From positions 1-24,051 of the IMG/VR virus record IMGVR_UViG_3300028587_000043: DNA of 24,051 nucleotides, one strand, 5' to 3'. The position numbers and the translations under genes are program-made. The notes beneath the pieces were generated by a model. That model worked only from the letters and a program-made list of their open reading frames with translations, did not search any database and was not told the DNA's origin. This document shows, in pieces, positions 1 to 8,536 of the stretch. Positions within the stretch are counted from its first letter, which is position 1; the number at the start of each line of letters is the position of its first letter. Source of the DNA: a virus (taxonomy: Duplodnaviria; Caudoviricetes).

Positions 1-24
1 ATTTCATCCGTTTTATGCCCAATG

Positions 25-37
25 AATCAAGGACTTG
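25..37 (+). promoter_or_regulatory. IHF consensus site, possibly part of the packaging (cos) region
   Basis: AATCAAGGACTTG matches WATCAANNNNTTR exactly. It has an upstream T-tract (11-16), sits in an AT-rich patch and lies ~300 bp before terS. Confidence 0.45.
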
Positions 38-74
38 CGATTATTTCCCCGGGCTAACTGAGGAGGTGGAAGGG

Positions 75-269
75 ATGCCGAGTAAAAAAGCCATAGGGCC
101 GCGCGGCGGTGCGCAGGCTGTCTCCACCCGTCCTACAAGCGTTATGGGCCGCTACGGCCCGTTTTGGGTCGTTTCCGGGCGGTTGGCGGGCCGTCGCTGG
201 CCGGTGCCGTGGCAGTGGCCGGAGGTTGCGGCAGGCGTCCCGCGCCGGTCGGGCGAGGGTCGGCGATGA
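75..269 (+). CDS. Hypothetical 64-aa protein
   Basis: Strong SD (GAGGAGGT, 60-67) 7 nt before ATG 75. The stop overlaps the next ATG (ATGA 266-269). No recognisable motif. Confidence 0.35.
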   Translation: MPSKKAIGPRGGAQAVSTRPTSVMGRYGPFWVVSGRLAGRRWPVPWQWPEVAAGVPRRSGEGRR

Positions 270-343
270 GCGGGTATCCGTGCGGCGAGCCCGGCGAGTC
301 GGGGAAACGCGGACTCGAGCCAGTTGCACAGGTGAACAAGTAA
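266..343 (+). CDS. Hypothetical 25-aa mini-ORF (MSGYPCGEPGESGKRGLEPVAQVNK)
   Basis: ATGA overlap with the upstream ORF and TAATG overlap with the terS start. Confidence 0.25.
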   Translation: MSGYPCGEPGESGKRGLEPVAQVNK

Positions 344-816
344 TGGGCCGCCACCGCGAGTCGGTCGTGCTCAAGCTGCTGAATGGCACGGCGCAGCATG
401 ATCCGAAGCAGATGCGCGACGACACCAAGGTCGCGCCGAAGGACCCCAAGCCGTTGCTGCCGCCGTGGGAAAAGCTCGATGCGGACGAGCAGCAGGTGTA
501 CGACTTTTGCTGCAACGAATTCGTGCTGCCGATGGTGCACGGTCGACCCGACGGCATGCTGATCGCGTCACTTGCGAAACAGGTCGTGCTGCGCGAAAAA
601 GCACTGGCGAAATTGAAGGAATACGGGCCGGTGATGCGCGATCCGGGTACGGGCAAGCCGAAATTGCAGCCGTACTTTCAGGCGTACAAGGTGCACGACG
701 AAGCGGTGCGCCGACTGATGTTTGAATGCGGCTTCAGTCCACTCGGGCGCCTGAAGCACGCGCCGCCGATGGGGAGCAGTCTGGGCGGGCCCACCGATTG
801 GGATGCGATTGACTGA
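343..816 (+). CDS. terS: Terminase small subunit (P27-family-like), 157 aa
   Basis: N-terminal MGRHR..VLKLLNG and C-terminal ECGFSPLGRLK resemble the P27-type TerS motifs. Lies directly upstream of terL with a TGATG overlap. Start reassigned from 109 to ATG 343. Confidence 0.85.
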   Translation: MGRHRESVVLKLLNGTAQHDPKQMRDDTKVAPKDPKPLLPPWEKLDADEQQVYDFCCNEFVLPMVHGRPDGMLIASLAKQVVLREKALAKLKEYGPVMRDPGTGKPKLQPYFQAYKVHDEAVRRLMFECGFSPLGRLKHAPPMGSSLGGPTDWDAID

Positions 817-2849
817 TGGACCCACCGCGCCGGCGCGGCCGGCCGAAAAAATACGCGACCGCCGACGAGGCGTACACCGCCAAGCTGGCACAGAACCAGA
901 AGTATCGCGAGGCACACCGAGCGCGCGCAGCGTCACCGGCGGAAGTCGCGGCGATCATGCGCGACCCGGTGCGCAAGCACGAATTGGTGAAAGCGGCGCA
1001 GGAGCGCGCCGCGAGTCGCCGCGCGTGGCAGCAACCGACCGAGGACGAACTGGCGGCGTCAGAGGCAGAATTGCCGGTGACACCCGAGTGGCCGCAGCCG
1101 CTCGACGAGGACTTGATCGAACTTGCCGGTGAGGGGTATCCGAACGTCGCGTCGGCATTCCAGTACGTTCGCGATGTAGTCGCAGGTCGTATCGATGTAT
1201 GTCGCACCGCGCGACTCGCGTGTGAGCGGCACGAGCGCGACATCGCGCGCATCGGTACGCCGGGCTGGCGCTTCGTGTTCGATTGCGTGAAGGCCGAGCG
1301 GGTGTGTCGCGTGGTGCAGTTGTTCCGCGAAATCAAGGGACCGCGCGCGCGCCGCCGGTTGCGCTTGATGCCGTGGCAGCGCTTCCTGCTGACGTCGACG
1401 TTCGGCTGGGTGTTCGAAGCGACCGGCACGCGGCGCTTCCGCTACGTGCTGTGCTACGTGCCGCGTGGCAATGGCAAGTCGACGCTGGCGGCTCCCCTAG
1501 CGCTCTACATGCTGGCGCTCGATGGCGAGGGCGGCAGCGAGGTCTATGCCGCTGCCGTGACGCGGCAGCAGGCGCGGCTCGTTTTCGACACCGCGCAGCG
1601 GATGGCCGAGCGCGCGCCGGAATTCCGCCGCCGCTTCGGCGTCGAGGTCAGCGCGCATGCGATCGTGCAGAACGAAACCGCGTCGCTGTTCCGGCCGCTG
1701 TCGCGCGATGCGACCTCGCTCGATGGCCTGAACGTCCACTTCGCCGTGCTCGATGAATTGGCGCAGCACAAGAATGGCGAGGTGTTCGACGTGCTGCAAA
1801 CCGCCACCGGCAAGCGTTCGCAGCCACTGATGCTGGGGATCACCACGGCGGCGAATAATCAATCGAGCGTTGGCTACGAGCAGTGGCAGTACGCGCAGCG
1901 CTTACTCGAGCAGAAGATCGATGACGAGCAATTCTTCGCGATCATCTACACGGTCGACAAGGATGACGACTGGCGCGAGGAGAAAACGTGGATCAAGGCG
2001 AATCCGAATTGGGGTGTGAGCGTGATGCCGGAAGCGATCGCCAATCTGTGCCTGCAAGCGCAGCAGTCGGCGTCGCGGCAAAACGCATTCAAGCAGAAGC
2101 ACTTGAATATGTGGACGTCCTCGGCCGTGCTGTGGATGAACATGCAGGTGTGGGATGCGTGCGGCGACCGCAAGCTCAGCATCGAGGACTTCGCGGGCGA
2201 GGAGTGCGTCGAAGGGCTCGACCTCGCGACGAAGATCGACCTCGCGGCGAAGGCGAAATGGTTTCGGCGTGAAGTCGAAGGCGTCGGACATTACTACCTG
2301 TTCGTGGATTTCTTTTTGCCCGAGGGTGCGATCGGCCGCAACGATGCGTACTCGGGCTGGGTCAGCGACGGCTGGATCATCACCACACCGGGCGAGGCCA
2401 ACGACCTGTCGATGATCGAGGCGACGGTGGTCGATGACAACAATCTCTATACGCTGAAGGACGTCGCCTATGACCCGTGGCAGGCACGCATGATGGCGGC
2501 GAACCTTGAGAACGCCGGCGTGCCGGTAATCGAGTACCGGCCCACGGTCGGGAACTTCTCGCCGCCGATGAAGGAACTCGAAGCGCTGGCGCTGGAAGGC
2601 CGGTTGCATCACAACGGCAATCCGGTGCTGGCGTGGAACGTCGGCTGCGTGAAGATTCAGGAGGATCACAAGGGCAATATCTTCCCGCGCAAGGATTCCA
2701 ACGAGCCGCACGTCAAGATCGACGGACTGGTCGCATCACTGATGGGGCTCGGCCGCTGGATGTTCCTCGACGCGACCGAGCGCGACCCGTCCATAGTGTT
2801 CTTGACTTCGGCAACTACTACCGATAGTGTCCCCGCCCATGCAGGCTAG
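816..2849 (+). CDS. terL: Terminase large subunit, 677 aa
   Basis: LMPWQ adenine-binding motif, Walker A VPRGNGKST, Walker B FAVLDE, coupling motif ITTA, KANPN, and nuclease motifs GLDLA, YDPW and KIDG. Confidence 0.97.
   Translation: MDPPRRRGRPKKYATADEAYTAKLAQNQKYREAHRARAASPAEVAAIMRDPVRKHELVKAAQERAASRRAWQQPTEDELAASEAELPVTPEWPQPLDEDLIELAGEGYPNVASAFQYVRDVVAGRIDVCRTARLACERHERDIARIGTPGWRFVFDCVKAERVCRVVQLFREIKGPRARRRLRLMPWQRFLLTSTFGWVFEATGTRRFRYVLCYVPRGNGKSTLAAPLALYMLALDGEGGSEVYAAAVTRQQARLVFDTAQRMAERAPEFRRRFGVEVSAHAIVQNETASLFRPLSRDATSLDGLNVHFAVLDELAQHKNGEVFDVLQTATGKRSQPLMLGITTAANNQSSVGYEQWQYAQRLLEQKIDDEQFFAIIYTVDKDDDWREEKTWIKANPNWGVSVMPEAIANLCLQAQQSASRQNAFKQKHLNMWTSSAVLWMNMQVWDACGDRKLSIEDFAGEECVEGLDLATKIDLAAKAKWFRREVEGVGHYYLFVDFFLPEGAIGRNDAYSGWVSDGWIITTPGEANDLSMIEATVVDDNNLYTLKDVAYDPWQARMMAANLENAGVPVIEYRPTVGNFSPPMKELEALALEGRLHHNGNPVLAWNVGCVKIQEDHKGNIFPRKDSNEPHVKIDGLVASLMGLGRWMFLDATERDPSIVFLTSATTTDSVPAHAG
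2802..2830 (+). promoter_or_regulatory. Putative sigma70 promoter inside the 3' end of terL
   Basis: TTGACT (2802-2807), 17-nt spacer, TAGTGT (2825-2830). The region is locally AT-rich and precedes a 119-nt intergenic gap. Confidence 0.55.
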
Positions 2850-2968
2850 TCGCAGCCGCCCGCCGCCGGATGAGCGTAAGTCGTCGCATCCGCCGGGCAA
2901 GCATCCCCACAGCGACTAGCGACTCGAGCGACGGAAGTGGGTCCGGCTCGTAGCTTCGGGAGCCGGCC
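2845..2968 (+). promoter_or_regulatory. Structured leader of the protease/capsid genes with an SD-sequestering hairpin
   Basis: Complementary pairs: 2845-2853/2912-2920 (9 bp), 2858-2862/2894-2898, 2867-2872/2887-2892, and 2943-2949/2960-2966, which overlaps SD GGGAG at 2958-2962. Confidence 0.5.
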
Positions 2969-3568
2969 ATGATGCGTCGCGAACCTCCGCAGGGCGTTGT
3001 CTATCGCGAAGTGCGCTCGGCCGAAGTCACGGGCCCGGGCCGGCTGCGCGTGGTCGCGTCGGATGAAACGCTCGATCGCTACGGCGACATCGTGCGCGTC
3101 AGCGGTTGGGACCTGCGCAACTACCGCAAGAATCCGATCGTGCTGTTCGGCCACTCCGCGCGCGACCCCATCGGCACCGCGCAGATGACGGTGGAGGACA
3201 AGCAACTGGTCGCCGACATTTCACTCGGGGCGCCCGGCACCACGCCGATGATCGACGCGGTGCGCGCGCTGGTCGACCAGAAGATTCTGAAAGCGGTGTC
3301 GGTCGGGTTTCGCCCGACCAAGGCGCCCAACGAAATCAAGGACCCGAAGACCAACGAGTGGACCGGCGGCTACGAGTTCGTCGGGCAGGAACTACTCGAA
3401 AATTCCATCGTGAGCATCCCGGCGAATCCGTCCGCGCTGATGCTCACCAATGCTTTCTCGCCAGCGATTCGCCGTGCGTTGTTTCGGTCCGCGTCGGGAC
3501 CACTCGATGTAGCACGGGCACAGATCGCGGTGCTGCGGTTGGGCGTCGCCGACCGTCAATATCGATAA
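2969..3568 (+). CDS. HK97-family prohead maturation protease
   Basis: ASDETLDRYGDIV, NPIVLFGH (catalytic His), AVSVGF (catalytic Ser) and LLENSIVSIPANP motifs. Confidence 0.93.
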   Translation: MMRREPPQGVVYREVRSAEVTGPGRLRVVASDETLDRYGDIVRVSGWDLRNYRKNPIVLFGHSARDPIGTAQMTVEDKQLVADISLGAPGTTPMIDAVRALVDQKILKAVSVGFRPTKAPNEIKDPKTNEWTGGYEFVGQELLENSIVSIPANPSALMLTNAFSPAIRRALFRSASGPLDVARAQIAVLRLGVADRQYR

Positions 3569-3587
3569 CCCATCAGGAGCACCCATC

Positions 3588-5015
3588 ATGCCTTCACTGG
3601 CTGAGCAGCAAGTAACCATGAAGTCGCGGCGCGATGCTGCGCTGCAATCCATGCAAGCACTGGTCGACCTCGCGGCGAACGAGGAGCGCACGTTCACCGA
3701 TGAGGAAACCAAGGACTTCGACAAGTTCAAGACCGAGACGGAAACGGTCAACGCGCACATCGAGCGGCTGGATGCGCAGGAAAAGCTGATCGCGCAGTCG
3801 GCGCGGCCGGCGCAGTCGCTGATCGTGTCAGCCGCCAGCAGCAACGGCGATACCGGCGCGGGCGCGGTGCAGCCGTACGTGCAGTTCAACGAGAAAAAGC
3901 TGAAGCCCGGCACGGTGTTCGCGCGCTATGTCATGGCGCTGATCGCGTCGCGCGGCAACATGATGCAGGCCGAGCAGATCGCGCGCAATTACTGGCGCGA
4001 CTCGACGCCGCAACTCGGCGAGTTGTTCCGCGCGATCGGCCAGTTCGGCAGCGCGCACGACTTCATGACGCAGCAACGCGCGGCGGCACCGATTGGCACT
4101 ACCACCAATCAGCCGTGGGGCGGCGTGCTGGTGTTCGCGCAGAACATGGCGAGCGAGTTCATCGAACTGCTGCGGCCGGCCACGATCATCGGCCAGTTGC
4201 CCGGCCTGCGCCGGGTGCCGTTCAACGTGCGACTGACGCGCCAACTCACCGGCATCACGTCGGCCGGGTGGGTCGGCGAAGGACTCTCCAAGCCGGTCGG
4301 CTCGATGACGCTCGACGCGGTGCTGCTGCCGTGGGCCAAGGTCGCGGTGATCGTCGCGCTGACCGAGGAACTGGCGCGGTTCTCCGACCCGAGCGCGGAA
4401 ACGCTGGTCACTGAGGAAATGAAGCGCGCGATTGCGCAATTCCTCGATCTGCAATTCATCGATCCGGCGATCACGCCAACGGCTGGCGTGCGGCCGGGCT
4501 CGATCACCAATGGCATCACGCCGATCACCTCGACCGGACCGACGCTGGCCAACATCACGGCGGACCTCGCCACGATGCTGTCGGCGATGGCGTCGGCGAA
4601 CGTGCCGATGACCGCACCGGCGTGGATCATGCACACCCGCACCGCGATCTATCTGTCGCTGCTGCGCAGCACGACCGACACGCTGCTGTTCCCCACGATG
4701 TCCGGGGCGCAGCCGACGCTACTCGGTTACCCGGTGGTGACGTCGACGGCATCGCCGCTCGGCGGTGGACCGGGCTTCCTCGGCCAGATCATTCTGGTCG
4801 ATCAAGCGCAGATATTCCTCGCCGACGACGGACAGGTCACGCTGGACGTTTCGCGCGAAGCGTCGATTCAGATGGACACGGCACCGGCTACCCCGCCGAC
4901 GCCGCTGACGTCGCTGTGGCAGCAAAACCTCATCGGCATCAAGGCCGAGCGGTATATCTACTGGATGCGGCGCTACGACCCGGCGGTGCAACTGCTGACC
5001 GGCGTGCCGTACTGA
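3588..5015 (+). CDS. HK97-fold major capsid protein with N-terminal delta/scaffold domain, 475 aa
   Basis: SD AGGAG. Helical charged N-terminus (EERTFTDEE), then GGVLV..FIELLRP, AGWVGEG, LLGYPVV and SLWQQNLIGIKAER motifs. Follows the protease. Confidence 0.95.
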   Translation: MPSLAEQQVTMKSRRDAALQSMQALVDLAANEERTFTDEETKDFDKFKTETETVNAHIERLDAQEKLIAQSARPAQSLIVSAASSNGDTGAGAVQPYVQFNEKKLKPGTVFARYVMALIASRGNMMQAEQIARNYWRDSTPQLGELFRAIGQFGSAHDFMTQQRAAAPIGTTTNQPWGGVLVFAQNMASEFIELLRPATIIGQLPGLRRVPFNVRLTRQLTGITSAGWVGEGLSKPVGSMTLDAVLLPWAKVAVIVALTEELARFSDPSAETLVTEEMKRAIAQFLDLQFIDPAITPTAGVRPGSITNGITPITSTGPTLANITADLATMLSAMASANVPMTAPAWIMHTRTAIYLSLLRSTTDTLLFPTMSGAQPTLLGYPVVTSTASPLGGGPGFLGQIILVDQAQIFLADDGQVTLDVSREASIQMDTAPATPPTPLTSLWQQNLIGIKAERYIYWMRRYDPAVQLLTGVPY

Positions 5016-5018
5016 GTA

Positions 5019-5210
5019 GTGCCAGAGGAGCAACGGCGCTACAAGGCGCTCGCCCACATCATTGTGGGCGGGCGCTTGTTGTATCCGAAAGACCGCGAAT
5101 TCAAAACCGGCGTGCAGTACGGCAGCGCGCTGGTGAAGGAAGGCAAAGCGGTCGAGATTCCCGGCCGCTACAAGCGGCGCGATATGCGCGCGGAAGGCGA
5201 CGATGGCTAA
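5019..5210 (+). CDS. Small hypothetical head-region protein, 63 aa
   Basis: Fills the capsid-portal gap and overlaps the portal start. GTG start; basic C-terminus YKRRDMRAE. Confidence 0.65.
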   Translation: MPEEQRRYKALAHIIVGGRLLYPKDREFKTGVQYGSALVKEGKAVEIPGRYKRRDMRAEGDDG

Positions 5211-6624
5211 GCCGCACTGGACTGGACCGCCCGGCACGATCGGCGCGGTGGCAGTGCCGCAGTCGCCGCGCCTGACCAATTCGAATCTCGGCGGCGGCGT
5301 GGTGCGCGAGCCGTTTCCGGGCGCGTGGCAGCAGAACGTTACGTCGCCGGCACCGCCGCCGCTGCTGTCGTTCTCGGCGGTGTACGGTTGCGTCAACGTC
5401 ATCTCGTCGGATATCGCCAAGCTGCCGATCAAGCTGTGGCGCAAGCTGCCGACGGGCGGGCGCAAGCTGGCCGACGATCATCCGATTCATCGGCTGTTGC
5501 AGAACCCGAACGGGTATCAGACTCACGTCGATTTCTTCTCCTACTTTTTCGTCAGCGTGTTGCTCGCCGGCAACGCGTATATCTACGTCACGCGCGATGA
5601 GCGCGGAGTCGCCAAGCGACTCGACGTGCTCAACCCGTATTTCGTGCGGCCACTGGTCGCCGACACCGGCGATATCTACTACCAGATCGGCGCGTCCAAT
5701 TCGCTGCCACTGGTAACCGAGATTCCGGCCGATGGCGCGATCGTGCCGGCGCGCGACGTGATCCACCACCGGATCATGTGCGTCGATCATCCACTGGTCG
5801 GGGTCACGCCGCTGTATGCGGCGGCGATGTCGGCGTCGGTCGGGCTGCGCGCCAATACGTCGTCGGCGGAATTTTTCGCCAACATGGCGCGGCCGTCCGG
5901 CATTCTCACTGCGCCCGGCAAGGTGTCGAAGGACCTCGCCGATCGGCTGCGCACGGAGTGGGACCAGAACTACGGCGCCGGCCGCTGGGGCAAGACCGCG
6001 ATGCTCGGCGACGGGCTGAAGTGGGAGCGGATCACCCTGTCGGCGGTCGACTCGCAACTGATCGAGTTGCTGCGCTGGGGCGTGGCCGACGTGGCGCGGG
6101 TGTATCGCGTGCCGGGATTCTTGCTCGGCGATCTGGACAAGGTGACGTTTCGCAACAGCGAGACGCTGATGCGGGCGTACTACTCGGGGTGCCTGCAATA
6201 CCACCTCGAAGGCGTCGAAGCCCGGCTCGATACGGCGTTCGCGCTGGCGAGCGACATCGAACTGGAATTCGACGTCGATGCGATCTTCCGTACCGACCTC
6301 GATGTGCGCTTCGCGGCGTACAAGGAAGGCATCAATACCGGCTTCCTGACCATCAACGAGGCGCGCGCGCAGGAAGGCTTGCCGAATGTCACGGGCGGCA
6401 GCGAGCCGTTGATACAGGTCCAGTATCAACCGCTGTCGAAGCTCGGCAAGGAGCCGCCTACACCGGCGGCACCGACGCCGGATACGCCGGCCACCGAAGA
6501 ACCGTCGCCACCCGAACCCACCGGCAGCGACAAGCCGGCGAAGGACGATGACGGCATCGCCGGGTATGTGCGCTATTCCGACGTGCTGCACGAGGAAATT
6601 CCGGAGGTCGCCGATGTCGCCTGA
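5203..6624 (+). CDS. HK97-family portal protein, 473 aa
   Basis: SAVYGCVNVISSDIAKLP, LLQNPN, LLAGNAY, FFANMARPSGIL, VARVYRVP and GFLTINEAR motifs; Pro/acidic C-terminal tail. Confidence 0.95.
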   Translation: MAKPHWTGPPGTIGAVAVPQSPRLTNSNLGGGVVREPFPGAWQQNVTSPAPPPLLSFSAVYGCVNVISSDIAKLPIKLWRKLPTGGRKLADDHPIHRLLQNPNGYQTHVDFFSYFFVSVLLAGNAYIYVTRDERGVAKRLDVLNPYFVRPLVADTGDIYYQIGASNSLPLVTEIPADGAIVPARDVIHHRIMCVDHPLVGVTPLYAAAMSASVGLRANTSSAEFFANMARPSGILTAPGKVSKDLADRLRTEWDQNYGAGRWGKTAMLGDGLKWERITLSAVDSQLIELLRWGVADVARVYRVPGFLLGDLDKVTFRNSETLMRAYYSGCLQYHLEGVEARLDTAFALASDIELEFDVDAIFRTDLDVRFAAYKEGINTGFLTINEARAQEGLPNVTGGSEPLIQVQYQPLSKLGKEPPTPAAPTPDTPATEEPSPPEPTGSDKPAKDDDGIAGYVRYSDVLHEEIPEVADVA

Positions 6625-7984
6625 TGAAGCCACTGCATTTGCGCGCGAGACGGCGGCGGCGATTCGGCGCGCGTTGGTGCCGGTGCAGGAGCGGCTGGCC
6701 CGGCTCGGCGAGATGCTGGGCGACGCGCTGACGGAGCAGGACACGCTGGCCAGCAAGGTTGCACTCGAGCAGGCGAGAGGCAATTTTGCCGCTGACCTCG
6801 CGCTGCTGGTCACCAAGACCGAGGAGTTGGTCGAAGCCGAACTCGACCGGCGCGATAAGCACAACGCCGGCGTGGAGAACCACCGGCTGGCCGAGTTGCG
6901 CGAGTGGGTTGCGGCACAGATCGCCGAGATGGGCGATGCGCGTGTCACTCGCGTCGCGTTCGCTGAGCACGCCGAGCAGGTCCGCGCAGCAGTCGAGCAG
7001 GAAGCCGCCCAGCGCGTCGCAGCAGTCGAGCAGGCTGGGGCAGTAGCCGGGCGCGCTGCCGTGGCGGTTGACGGGCTCGCGGCGGGGCTGGATGCGCGCA
7101 TTGCGGCGGGGCTGGCGCCGGCCGAGGCGCGGCTACTCGAGGCGGTGCGCGGCGAGGTCGCGAGCTTGCGCACGGATATCGCCGCCGACTTGACCCGGCT
7201 GCGGGGGCAGGCGCACGCCGAGAGCGAAGCGCGCGCAGCGGTCGAGCGCGGGCTGGCCGAGTTGGCGGCTGCGGTCACGGCGGCGGATGCGGCACTCAAG
7301 GATGCGCGGGCCGGCTTGACCAAGTTCGCCGATGACTTGCTTGCGCGCGTCGCCGATTCGGTGCAGGCAGTGGCGAAGGATGCCGCGACCGACTTCGCGC
7401 AGTTGCGCGACTCGCAGGCGGGGCTCGATGCCGAGTTGCGCGCGTTGCTGGCGGCCGAGTTGCGCGCGCGCGATGGCGCGCTGGATGCGCGCATCGACGC
7501 GCGGCTGGTGGCACTCGAGGAGCGCGCGATCGAGATGGTGCGGGCGACGGCGAAGGAAGCGGCGCTCAGCATGGGCGCCGCTTTCGAGCAGTTGCGCGCG
7601 GACCCGAATTTGCGCGGGCCGGTCGGCGAGGGGTTCCGCTATCGCGAGGTGTTCGACGCCAAGGCCGACTACCAGCCCGGCGATTGGGTCACGCATGACG
7701 GCACGCTATGGGCGGCGATTGCGCCGTCGCAGGGGGTGGTGCCGGGTACCGATGGCGCATCGGCGTCGTGGCGCATGGCGTTGAAGCGCGCGCGCGATGG
7801 TGTCAACGGCGTCGGCATGAACTGGCGCGGTGCGTACACCGAAGGCGACACCTATCGGCTGAACGATGTCGTGCGCCACATGGGGCGCGTGCTGCTGTGC
7901 CGGCGCACCACGACCGCGCCGCCACCGATCCCCGGCGGTGCACCCGCGACCGAGTGGGCGGTGATGTTGGAGGCCGGGCAATGA
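6614..7984 (+). CDS. Ala-rich coiled-coil protein with two C-terminal CBM5/12 (ChtBD3)-like repeats, 456 aa
   Basis: SD GGAGG 6603-6607 before ATG 6614. About 330 aa of helical heptad-like sequence, then FDAKADYQPGDWVTHDGTLW..PG..W and YTEGDTYRLNDVVRHMGRVLLC..PP..W. Confidence 0.8.
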   Translation: MSPDEATAFARETAAAIRRALVPVQERLARLGEMLGDALTEQDTLASKVALEQARGNFAADLALLVTKTEELVEAELDRRDKHNAGVENHRLAELREWVAAQIAEMGDARVTRVAFAEHAEQVRAAVEQEAAQRVAAVEQAGAVAGRAAVAVDGLAAGLDARIAAGLAPAEARLLEAVRGEVASLRTDIAADLTRLRGQAHAESEARAAVERGLAELAAAVTAADAALKDARAGLTKFADDLLARVADSVQAVAKDAATDFAQLRDSQAGLDAELRALLAAELRARDGALDARIDARLVALEERAIEMVRATAKEAALSMGAAFEQLRADPNLRGPVGEGFRYREVFDAKADYQPGDWVTHDGTLWAAIAPSQGVVPGTDGASASWRMALKRARDGVNGVGMNWRGAYTEGDTYRLNDVVRHMGRVLLCRRTTTAPPPIPGGAPATEWAVMLEAGQ

Positions 7985-8532
7985 TGACGCTGGTCGGCTT
8001 CACGCAGGAACGCGACGCGCTGGTCGAGGAAATCTTGCCGCTGTTCAAGCAGCATGCGCGGCTGCGGCCCGACGATACCAGCGAGGACGCGCTGTGCTCG
8101 CTGTATATCGCGGCAGCAATCGGCGCCGCCGAGAATTACTTGCTGCGCGATGTGTTCCCGACCGAGCGCCAGTGGAGCGGCAACTTCAGCGAATCGTTCG
8201 TGGCACGCCATGGCCGCGCGTCGGCAGTCGTGATGACCAACGGCGCCGGGCCGGTCACCGATTATCAGACGGTTGGTTCACCGGACCCCAAGACGTGGGG
8301 CTTCGAATTGGTGCCGGGCGCGTCGGTCAGCGGTGCGACGCTGACTGCATCGACCGGCTGGGACACGTTCGCCGAGATGCCGCCGGACTTGCAGCAATTC
8401 ATCCTCGTCGCGGCGAGCGCGTTCTACGAGGTGCGCGAGTTGTCGAATTCCGGCGGATCGATTGCGTCGCAGCCGGCCGCGTTCCTGCCGCTGTATTTGC
8501 TCGATTCGTGGGGCAACCTGACCTACGCGTGA
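7981..8532 (+). CDS. Head-tail connector (HK97 gp6-like), 183 aa
   Basis: ATGA overlap and SD GGAGG. KQHARL..D..EDAL..LYIAAA..AENY N-terminus and PPDLQQFIL..AFYEVRE C-terminus are typical of gp6 connectors. Confidence 0.85.
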   Translation: MMTLVGFTQERDALVEEILPLFKQHARLRPDDTSEDALCSLYIAAAIGAAENYLLRDVFPTERQWSGNFSESFVARHGRASAVVMTNGAGPVTDYQTVGSPDPKTWGFELVPGASVSGATLTASTGWDTFAEMPPDLQQFILVAASAFYEVRELSNSGGSIASQPAAFLPLYLLDSWGNLTYA

Positions 8533-8536
8533 TGCG

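Noticed and set aside
109-342. Long N-terminal extension of TerS in the ORF track (also the extended starts at 6548, 7708, 8794, 11291, 20755, 21336, 22467)
   Set aside because: Downstream ATGs have SD sites or stop/start overlaps and match the family N-termini; most of these extensions overlap upstream genes.
3560-3590. Protease-capsid fusion by readthrough or frameshift
   Set aside because: The genes are in different frames, there is no slippery heptamer, and the capsid gene has its own AGGAG SD.
6439-6624. Pro/acidic C-terminal tail of the portal as a separate domain
   Set aside because: Disordered tails are common on HK97-family portals; no additional motif.
5101-7572. 823-aa minus-strand ORF
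   Set aside because: Shadow of the portal and coiled-coil genes; the low-complexity S/A/R translation mirrors the sense codons.
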